A DNA stretch of 64,000 nucleotides from Eutreptiella sp. 'Long Island Sound 2002' (Eukaryota > Protista > Euglenida): positions 172,794,001 through 172,858,000 of the forward strand of contig OZ038378.1 of the NCBI GenBank assembly GCA_964036045.1, read 5' to 3'. Positions 48,261 through 59,100 of this stretch are shown here, one piece after another. A model generated the notes under the pieces. The model did not search any database. It saw nothing but the letters and a program-made list of their open reading frames with translations, and had not been told where the DNA came from. The translations under genes and the position numbers were made by a program. Numbering within the stretch: position 1 is the first letter of the stretch; each line of letters begins with the position of its first letter.

Positions 48261-49061
48261 TTGCAACTTTCTTGAGCTGGGGCAGTTTGGGTCACCTAAT
48301 TCTAAGGGCGTTTCCAAGGGGTGTGCTTGGGGGCTCTTCGGGGGGAACATAGTCTAAAAGTAGCGCGCCGGGCGCGCGCCGGGCAAACATTCCCCCAAAG
48401 CCTAGTCGGCAAGTGCGTTGCACAACTGAGTTCGGGCACTCCTCTCCCCTCCCCTCCCCTCCCAGAGTGGTCCATTAGTTTGCTTCATGTACTGTGACTC
48501 ACAGCCATGCGACGAGCGATGGCTTGGCTCCGCTTGCTCCAAATGGCACATGACTTCCACCTCCGTCACACCGAAAGATTTTCTCTGATGTGTTGTCTGT
48601 GGATAGCTGAGCGAGTCAAACACCTCCGCCAACAATGTCCAAGCGCCAAGAAAGCATGCCGTCATCGCCCAGGCCTGCTTTGGAAGCAACCCTGCATTGA
48701 CACACATGTGCGCTAAGCGGCACCATGTGACGCCATGGCCATGCATTTCCTCTGGGAAAGTGCCAGCCAACGTTAATGGGTTTGAGTACCCACATCTGAT
48801 TTCCTTTGTACCTCCAAATAGGTTTTGCCATTAAGGTGCGGTGGTTGCCTGCCACACCAGAGAGCGTCTCCTCTTTCGTTGTATGTCAGCTATGGGTCTG
48901 CGCCTTGGGGTGCCCCGTCTACCAGGGATCCAGTGTATTACATACTTGAGTCGCCCAATTTCCAAGAACTATGTTGAGTATTCATGAACACTTCAAGTCA
49001 GCCCCCCCAAAAAAGATTGTTTGTTCCCTGTTTCTGGATCCTCAACGATACTGTTGTTGGA

Positions 49062-49232
49062 CATTGTGGAACCTGTTGGCTGGTTGAGACGGTTGTACCT
49101 GGTGGTTGGTTCACATTGTTGTACCTGGTGGTTGATTGGCATTATTTTACCTGGTGGTTGGTTGGCATTATTTTACCTGGTGGTTGGTTGGCATTATTGT
49201 TCCTTGTGGCTGGTTGACAATCTTGTACCTGA
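49062..49232. repeat. 26-bp tandem repeat (ACCTGGTGGTTGGTTGGCATTATTTT), about 6 degenerate units
   Basis: Head-to-tail units with no unique spacers. Confidence 0.85.
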
Positions 49233-49668
49233 TGGTAAGGAGCATTCTGGCCCCTACAACAGATTCCGCCAGGGGTACCAGAGGTCAGGCGCATTAAAGG
49301 ATGTTTCTGATGCTGAACTGGGTGAACCAATCACTTTCCAGGTGCTGCGATGGAGGAAGGGACACCCTAGTCAACGAGCTATCTGTCACATCTTTGTACT
49401 CCTTCTGTCCAATGTGTGGGCCCTGGACAGTTTTCCTGCTGGTTGACCACCAGTGGTCACTGGTCAACCACCATTCATCAATCACCAACCGCCGTGGGTT
49501 GAGCTCCCAACAGCATTAAGTGACCATTGCGCACTGGCCAACCGCCAGTCCGCAGAGTTTTACCTGCTGTGCCCTGAGGCCCGACATTGTACCAGACCAG
49601 CACCCTTTCTTTAAATTCTTTGAATTCTTAAAAAGTCTTGGTCTTTGGTTGTACAGACCGATTTTGCA

Positions 49669-50133
49669 ATGGGAGCAGGATTACTTGAAGACCCAATTGC
49701 GCCTCAGGAGGAGCCGCTGTACCAAGCAGCGGAGGACCAGATCCCTGAGGAACAAGTGGTGTACCAGGAGAGCGCCGTGTACGAGGAGAGGGCCGCCTCT
49801 GCCTACGACAACTATGAGGAGCAGGAGCAACAGGCGATTGTGGCTGCGCAAAGGTCGCTGGTCCCATCGATCCCGGAGGACGCGCCTGTGTTCACCGGAC
49901 CTGTGTACAACTTGGAGTCGTATGACAATCTCCCGGCCCCCTTGGAGAGTCATCAGCACATGGAGCAGATTGAGGGGAACCCGGACGACCCGTTTGCCCC
50001 AACGCGGTACCGCCTGGTCACGACCCACATTCTGCCCCCGCTCATGGTCTACGCCCCACCCACCAATCCGATCCGAGAGCGGCCCATCAGGAAGCGAGTG
50101 GCGAAAAAGGCCTGGGATGCGCCACTGGGGGAG
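49669..50133 (+). CDS. Putative first coding exon (acidic Q/E/Y-rich)
   Basis: U-rich tract then gtacag| at 49656, ATG at 49669, GAG|gtgtgc donor in phase 0 matching the acceptor at 51118. Confidence 0.62.
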
Positions 50134-53100
50134 GTGTGCGCGGCTGTCCCCGGCCTTCGGTATTGGTTGCCCCAGGACGTGCATCTCTCTGGTTTGTTCT
50201 GCAATGGTCATGAGGTCTTGAGACCCAAGTTCGTGGTCCATTGGCAGTGGACCGCGGACGGTGGGTGATTGGTGGACGGCGGTTGTTATTTGGAGTGAGG
50301 GAAAGTCTGTTGCCGCCTGGTGGTGAGTGGGTAGCGTTTGCTTGGAGCTCAGAGACTGCCGACAGATTGTGGTAGGCCACCACAGAGCCAGCCCTTTTTC
50401 TGCGGGCAGCCAAGGTCAGTCAGGCAGGGCTACCACGAACGAACCAGTGCTTGTCCTTTCCAGGATGCCCTCGTGACAGCCATGACAGAACATGGCCACC
50501 AGGCCAAAGTTGTGTACCCCCCCCCCCTCTTGTGCAAGCACCGCCTTGTCTAAGCACCAGGACCCAGTCTGACTGTCACTTTTACCGAATTTTCTGACCT
50601 CGGCTTTTACGGTCAGAAAGTAGGCAAAGCGTGATTGTGTGCCAATTGTAGAGGGAGAGAGGGGCTGTTTCATGTTTGTGATGTGTCCTCCTGCTCATAA
50701 CAACATTCTGCTTGGTACCGCACCCCACTGCTCTTTGTTTTGGTGTGATTTTCAGCCATGACTAATGTCGTTAGCCCTGGCTTGGCTGTCACGTACGTCC
50801 GGTCCACCGGTGAGCATGCGCCTGCCACTATCATTGGTCGCTCTACTCGTGGGGAAGATTGCACAACCGAGGAATTACAACTTGGGAGCGCCGCCCCACC
50901 AAAACCGCCCTGTTACGACTATTGTGCTTAGGGTGAGGTATGGGCAGGTTTTCGGGACATGCTTTCTTTGGTACCGCGCGTCACGCGGTTGCACCGCCTT
51001 GTCTAAGCACCAGGATCTGACCGTCACTTTCCTGACCTGGCTGGTGCTTGCGCAAGGGGGGGGGGGTATTACAGCGCACTTTTTCCTGATCACTTTGTGT
51101 GAGACCGGGACGGTGCAGATCCGACGATTTGCATCGGGAGTATTGCTCGAGTCACACGCAATGTCTCCCGTTGCCTCGCATCGCCCTTTGCAGTTGGTGC
51201 TGGATCCCCTGGCTCCCGATGGCATTGCTGTCAAACTGCTGTTGCTGGAGGCGCAGGCTCCGTTCGTGATCCACGAGGTGGATCCCTCCCGCGAGAGCTG
51301 CGTTTCTGTCGCCAACCCGCAAGGCAAGCTTCCGTGCTGGCTGGATGCAGACGCCACATGCATCTGGGAGGCCAACGCCATCATGCGGTACGTTTGCGAC
51401 AAGCACGACCTGGACCCACAGTTCTACTTCTCGGACGACGACAATCTGAAGTGGCGGACAGACATGGTCTCCACAATCTTTCATGACCCTCTGCAGTTTT
51501 CCCCCTCACCCTAGCTCGTGTGTACACCCTCACAATTACCATCTGTCCGTTCTGGGGGGACTGTCCAAGGGGTCGGGGTAGTGCCTGGTTGATCCTTGAT
51601 TTTCAACTGCAATAAGTATCTACCTCCCTCACACCCTTGTCACTGTTCCTTCCCAGATCTTTGTGGGCTGAGTCGGGATATAGGCTCACAGTTGTACAAG
51701 AGCACGCTTGTGCAATATGTTCTTCCCTTTATCTACAAACCGTGGACAAAGCAACGGGTATTAGGGGGGGTTTCTACATACAATTGATTTCGGACATCCT
51801 CCACCAAAGTTTCATCACTGAGGGGTGCACCCCCTCGAAAAAGGCACCGGATGGTGCTAGGGCTACTATTCGTGCCGAAGTTATGAAATATGGCTGGGAA
51901 GAGAATAAGTCTGGGCAATGGCGTTTTTGTACTTGATTGGGAAGAGGAAACGTTTGTCCAAGGGGAAGGTGCTCTGGGGGGGGATTGCCACTCTCCCGAA
52001 ACCATTTTTACCAAAACATATTCACAGCTTGATGCCCGTGCTGATGCTGCCTTCCTACGGACGTCGTTTGCAGATATGCCCTATGCTTTTCTTGCCCATT
52101 CAATCAACAATGTGTCCTTTTGGTTCCACTGGTTAGACAGCCTTGATTGCAGATATATCACTGAGGTGAGTTGCGAAGATACTTTCATAGGAAGGAAATC
52201 ATATTAAGGAGCAATAGTCCATGGGGCTTCTACCCATTCCAGCCCCCAGACTCACCCAAGGGGCAAGTCGCGCGGGTTTCTGGAGAGCTGCCGCCCTGTA
52301 TGACTTCTACCCATTCCAGCCCCCAGACTCACCCAAGGGGCAAGTCGCGCGGGTTTCTGGAGAGCATGCGAAGATACTTTCATAACGTTGACCCTGCTGA
52401 CGTTAAGCACCATTTCCAAGAGGCCAGCATGTGGTTGTTCACACGCAAGCGGTGGGGCATGCTGGCATATGCAACATCGAGTGGTCTATTCACTGGGAGT
52501 GTCAGTGTGCGTGCCGCACTGGTGGGTTAATGCTACAAATTTCCAGTACATTTTCCATGATTGAATGACAGAGATAGTTGCATTTGAAATGGTCAGTAGT
52601 ACCCACATCGTTGTTGTGGGGGGTCTGTGGGAGTGGGCGGGGTGCATCCCACTGGGAGGTGCCTCTTCTGCTCAGGCTGATCTGCAATAATTGTGCACAG
52701 TTCCGCCGCCTAGAGACTCTCTGCATCTCAGACTCAAGGGTCATCCAATGGGAAAATGCAAGTGGAAAATGCCTTTCAAAGTGCTGCCGTCTGTTCTCCT
52801 CCTGCGTGGCACATGTGCTCTAGCGTTATGACTGCATGTGCAGAAGTCTGGGCCTGCATTTCAAGTTTGGCAAGGAGTATGCGGCAATCAATTAATGGCT
52901 CCAACATGTGGCAAGGCAGTTTTGCTACGTGATATGAGAAACCATGCACGAAAAATATGGAAAAAAGAGAGCCGGCCCTCAAAGCCCCCTCCCAGGGGGG
53001 GGGGGGGGGTTGGAAAAGGGGCTCAAGGCCCCCCACCCCCAAGTAAATTTTCCGGAAGTCCAATGGAGTCTCACCAGTGGAACCAAATTGTGGAATGAAT

Positions 53101-56100
53101 GAGCAAGAAAAGCATAGGGTTGATACATGATCCAGAGCACCGTGACTCTGTTACTACAACTGCCCATCTGGGTGCTGGAGAGCACCCTCCAAGCTTCATG
53201 GTGTGGGAACGACTGAATGTGCACCCTGTCAGTGCTGGCAGGGGAGCGGATGCCGCAGATGCAGTAGCTGCAATTGAGCAGTACAACGTACGACAGATAT
53301 TCCACTGTCACCCAGAAAACTACATCACCCATTCCTCCCTTCCACACAGACACTTCCCCACCACACACAGCCCAGAAGCGCACCGCCACAAAACACGAAT
53401 AAGCGTGTCAGACTGGAAGTACCAACCAGCACACTTGCACCACCTGAATGCCCCCCCCCCCCCCATGAGGGTGGGGCATTATTGGGCCCTTGGTTTATCC
53501 CAAAGCCTGGGTGGTGAGTCCCAGCAACCCACCAACCCACAACCCCCTCTAGCCTGGTTCAGCACACTGCTGATGACTGCCATCAGCAGCCCTCTAAAAA
53601 CCCTTCCAGACCCCCCCCCCCCCATTTTCTTCCCAGCACGCCACCTGTTGCTTGCATACTCGCCCCCCCTTGCTTGTGCGCTTGTCTGCTTGTTTCAGCA
53701 CCTGATGCTGGCAGGCTCACCTTCTTATGCAGCCTTTGGTCACTAGAACCCCTGTGCAGCCCTTTGCGACCCCCCCACAACCCTGTCCCACTCTGTGCAG
53801 GCGCTGGACTGGTGCCACACGTCCCTGACGAGCCATATTCGGCACGTGCTTGACCCCGAGGCGCACGAGTACGAAGATCTGTCGGACATGCCTGGCGGTC
53901 GGTACGCGCTTGAAACGGTACGCTCCCCGATGCGGTGCGGTCTGTGCGCGGGGCAGATAGCGAGGGATTGTGCGTCATCGTCGGACTATGAATGCGGGGT
54001 CCGCCCCCCCCCCCCCCCGGCGATTGGGGCAACGAACCCACAGCGGATCGGGATGGCGGACCGCGGCAGACCTGGTCCTCCGGGTCGAAACGTACACAAG
54101 GCGTGTCCTGAAGGAACGGGTGTCCTCGAGGACGTCCCTCTTGGCTCGCGGTCACTGGCCGACCTCCGGCGCTCAACCGGCAAGCGCCGGCGGTTGACTG
54201 CCAACCGCTCGTGGTCACGAGCGAAAATCTGTCGGTTACCACCGGACGCCGGCTCGTATTTGCCAACTGCTGTCGGCTAAACACCAGCGGCCATTGGCAG
54301 AGATGTATCAGAAGAGGGGGCGGGGGGAGGGGGTCTGGAACCCAAAAGTTTGTGTACAAATATGGCCCGAATCATTTTACGAAGAGGTAATCCCCAATCA
54401 GTCTTACAATCTCCTGTGCACGTGCCGCCAACAGCCGTGTTTGCGCAACTGGTCGGGAACGTAGCTGTCGAATGCTTTGGCACAAAGGTGTGGCTTTGAA
54501 TTGGAGGTCCTGGTTTGTTACACATCGTGTCTACTGCACCACCTCAGACCCTCTTTGACAGCAGATTGACCTGGGCACGGGAAGGATGGTTTGGGCCCGG
54601 CGGTGTTGGTTGACTGTCGCCGCACGCGTTCCTTTGTACGTCCCGTGCAGAAGTATCACGGGGCATTATCCCCCCCCCCCCCCCTCTTGAGGACGCTGCT
54701 GGATGTCAGCGAGGCTTTTGGAAACCAGCGGATTTTTTCGGTTAGGGCGCTGGCTCCCCGTCATCGCTCAACAGCCAACCGCCGGTGGTCAGCGTTACGT
54801 ATTCGACCGGCCAAACTTTCTCGGTTGGCCACCAACCGCCGTCAGTTGACCCCCCGTCTGCCGCTGGTCCGCGCTACATTTCCTGCCGAAGCGTTGTGCC
54901 CCATGCCCCCGCACGTCGCAGCGCCGGGGGTTGATTTTCCTGAATGGAAGCCGCATCTGCTTCTCCACCGGGTCGCCTCATCTTCAGGACTACCGCGTGC
55001 TGTCGGACTTCTTCCTGCGCGAGACCCCGTTCATCGGCGGAGAGGAGCCCAACATCGCAGACTACGCCATCTGCCTGCAGCTTCTGATTCTGTACTCGAC
55101 CAGCCATCCCCCTCCCGACCGCATCCGGCAGTACCTGCACAACGCGGCGGAGCACGTTGGCAACTGGAACGAGATCACGCTCCCCATCCGCGAGTTTTGC
55201 ATGTTCCGGCAGAAGGAGCTGCGGCAGGTGCGGAGGACCGGGGGCGGAGGGGTTTGTGAGGGGGGCCCAGGAGGACAGCGAGGGCGGGCTCTGGTGGAGG
55301 GGGGAGTCTTGGGTGTAAGCCATCCACCGCCCCCCCCTTTATCCGACACTGATTGCTGATGTCTGACTGACAGCTACTGACTGTGATTGTCTGACTGATG
55401 TAGTCAGACATGATGTTCTGTTTTCTGTTTCAGACACAGTGTGTGTCTTGAGGTTTAACCAGGTTTGGCATAGAGAATAAAGATGCACTTATGCCTGACT
55501 GTGGAGTGCATTACCTTTGGTTTGCATTTGTCTGCTTTTTAATTAGGTCCCCCCCCCCCCCGGAGAGAGAGGGTCAGAATGAGCAGTGGCGAGAGGCCAA
55601 TAGGCGCCGCCAAAGGCAAACAACCTAATACCGAGGCTTTGTGCCAACCCCCCCCCACCCCGGTACACTGTAAGGCACCGGTCTTGAGGGCCCCCCTTCC
55701 CCCTCCTCTGAGGCCCAAAATGGTGGTGTGGTTCAGGCCGTTCCTTAGGCGGGGGGGGGGGGGGATTTAGTATGGGAAAAATACCGCCTGGAAAAATTTA
55801 GCACGCCCAAGTGTAGCGCAATTTTTCTCATCACTTTTAAGGATTGTGGCGATTTTTTCCGTTCTTTTTTCTGGACATCAAGTTCAAGCTTTGTACCCTC
55901 TGCTAAACAGTAATGACAGGATGTGCTGGTTGCTCAGTTGTGGATGCACCGTCCAAGAAACGGCGGACCTGAGTTGCCTTTTTTTTTTTGAAGGTGCCTA
56001 TGATTATCTGTGTCTGTAGGCGCAGATTTGTGGCAATGATGTATTTGATCTCTTTTCCACCGTTCAAGAAACAGTGGACCTGAGAGCCAACCTGGGGCAT

Positions 56101-59100
56101 TGCCCTTCACCATGGAAAACTGTAGCGCAATTTTTCCCATCACTTTTAGGATCGCAGCGGAATTTTTCCCGTATCAAATTTTTCAGGACAAAAAGTTTCC
56201 CTTACTAAATTTTTGCCCCCCCCTCGAGGCCGGAAGAGGTATAATTTCCCTCCACTACAGGACAAGGGGTATCTTATGGAAATGCACCTTGGGAGGTGTG
56301 GGGTCGGGCAAGACAGAGGGATGTTTACACAGGTCCTGTACCCACGGGTTTGCTCTTCTTTGGGGGCACTTTGGGAGGGGGTGAAAGGCAAAACCCATTC
56401 CAAGTAAACCCGCGGAAAAAGTAGCGCGCACCGCGCGGCGCAGATACTCCCATTTAAGGGCCTCCACGGTTTCCTTTTCTTTGCTGTTGCTGCTTTGCCT
56501 CAAGGACCGCCTCCAGAGACCGCTCGAGTCACCGTCAAACTGCCGCCGGTTGCCGTCCGACCCTCGAGTGGCATTGGGCGGACGCCAGCCGGCACCCCCG
56601 TCCGCAGGGGAGGCCAAAGCACTAAGCACAGCCCTGGGACGGGCTCCAGGCTTTCCAACCCATGCCCGGATGACAGACACGAACCGAACAGTGAGGCCGT
56701 GCACATGCAACACAATGCAGGGCTGAAGTCACGCACACATCTGGGAGGGGGTTTTCACAGCCAAACGATGTGGCACTGGGTGCACCAGCCAGTGTTTGCC
56801 ACTGCAAAGTTTGTAAAATTCCAGGGGTCATATGGACCCCTCTCCAACCGCAATGTACCCCCCATTTTGAACCCCCCCCCCCCAACCAAGTTCAGTGCCG
56901 AAGTGGTTTCAGGTGGGTGGGTGGCTCGGCCTGGGGGAGGGGGGGGTCCTTCGGACCCTCCCCCCCCCTCCCCTTCTGTGGTTAAGCAAATCCGCCTGCC
57001 CCATACATCCGCACGTGCCGCTTGAGTCGGACTGGTATGGGAAAGATAGTCGTCATCGTCATCGGAGGGGGCGGGGCTCCGGGGAGAATGGGTGACACCA
57101 GCGGCTCGGGGGAAAGGGGAAGTGGGTGCGACACTCGGGCAGTCGGTATGCGCGCATCCGCTGCCCGTGCACCAACGCAGGCGCAAGTCGACATGGAGCG
57201 CCTGAAGTATGAGGACGACATCGCCCGCCGCCATCAAATGGCCGAGCAGATGACGGCGGACACGATCCAGCGGCGCCAAGAGAGCGAGGATCAGATGCGG
57301 GCTCAGTGGGAGGCGGACGCGCGGCGGCGGGAGGAGGAGGACCGCCGATGGCGCGAGGACCAGGTCGCTGCACGTGGAGTGTATGCCCGTGGGGGAGGGG
57401 GTGCTGATACGTGCGGTGGACGCCGCCCCCGGTGTCCAGGTCCCCCGCGCCCGGCGCTGGCCCGGTCCGTAGCTGGTACACCACAACCCCCACAATCTCC
57501 AGATCCACTCATCCGTAAGTGATCGTCATCACTGCGCCGCAGCAGCAGTGGCACGTGGCTGCCTGTCGCCCCTACGGCCGACTGCTGGCAGATCAGCCTC
57601 TGCAAACGGGAAGTCACTCAACATGGCCCCAGAGGCCAGTAAAACATCGATGGCCTCGGTGAGCCAGAGACCCCGCCCCCACCCCCACTCCACGGCTTAG
57701 TGGCGACTGTGACCTATCAGGGGGGGGGGGTCACAGGCCCACAACAAAGTTTTGGTACCTACAATCGACCTCCAATTCTGGGCCCCTTTGATAAATTTCA
57801 TTTTTGTCCTGAGGAAAAATTTTCTGATGTGGGTGGGTGGGTGGGTGGGTGGGTCAGGCGGAGGAGCCCAGGCTGCCATTTCGCCCGCCCCCCCCCCCCC
57901 TCCCCGGGCCTGTACTGCGGTGCAGAGCTACAGACACCACCCGATTCGCCACCCGGGATGCATGCGTGGCCGTGGTGCCTGTGGGATGAGAGAGTACGAC
58001 GGCCCCCATCCAGCCCCATCTCTGAGGTGGAGAATACGGGAGACGGACTTGGGACCTGCAGACAGCAGCTCTCTTGGCCTAATGACCGAGAGTCACAGCT
58101 CGTCCTCCTCCCCACAAAAAAGAATCAGAAAAAATGAAACGGCTCCACAGGATTCTGTCCCGTCCCTCGCTGCGCCATTCCATGCCATTCCATACTCCTG
58201 ACATTCCCAACCCACACCACACCACCTCACGGCATCCCACGTCGATCCTGCGTCCCCCATCCTCAATTCCAACTGCAGTCTGCACAATCTGGGGGTCCTG
58301 CAATGTGTCGCGTTACACTGTGTAATTCCAAGAAGTGGACATGGTGCATCACCTCTGCGCTCTTAGGACACGGGTGCCAGCTCAAGTTTTAGGCAGAAGG
58401 ACAGCACGTAGCCATTTCTTAGAAGGTAGCGGTGAGACGTAGAATTCTGCTCATTCTTAGTGGTAAATTTCGTAAATTGTTCTTTGCTTCGCCACTTGGG
58501 GTCACAAGGCCCAAGCAACCTATCTTCACACTAAATTCTTGTGTGTTGGGTTTTTTGTTTGGTTGAGCTGTTGAGTGACACCGTCCTTTCTTTGATTTTA
58601 CACCATTTTCTGAGGGATCTTGCGCCGTTTTTTTTGAAAGGAAATTTACTCCATTTTTTGGGGAAATTTACACCAATTTGTGTAATCTGCGGGCCGAGGG
58701 CTGAAAGCCCTATAAACCTCCGTAAATAATAGGCGTGAGTGTACGTCATGGGGAAGAAAATGTTCCATTCCGCTTTGCAGCTCAAGCACTGGGGGCTGCC
58801 CTTTTGCACAGCCTTTGTCCCGAGAGCAGTTTTAGCAGACCTTCGCCCATCCCCTCTTTTTTTGGAGGGGCTCAAGCATCCCCCCCCCCCCCCGAGGAAT
58901 GCCTTGGAAAAGGGGGAGGTATAGTCCCCTGCAAACCCTTCTGTAGGCCCTGTGGTTCAACCCCCTTTCTGTGGGCTGAGTAAGTGAACCAGCCCCCCCC
59001 CCCCCCCGCCGGCATCGGCATCGGCATCGGCATTTGTCACCAACAGCAATTCCTCCCAACCCCATCCAACCACTTTCTAACCGCTCCTAACACCCGTGCT

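Larger units (their letters stand above)
47606..48396 (+). mobile_element. PIF/Harbinger-derived non-autonomous element carrying DDE transposase, Zn-finger and Dam-like MTase fragments
   Basis: TIRs GGGGGAACGTT / AACATTCCCCC (10 of 11 match); 3-bp flanking duplication AAA (47603-47605, 48397-48399); DDE_Tnp_4-like peptide inside. Confidence 0.75.

Noticed and set aside
49062-49232. 26-bp repeats as a possible CRISPR array
   Set aside because: Head-to-tail units with no unique spacers, no cas genes, eukaryotic context.
50134-50268. 3' extension of ORF 49645-50268
   Set aside because: Runs into a repeat family (GGCGGTTG-type motifs). The GAG|gtgtgc donor at 50133 gives the phase match to the GST exon.
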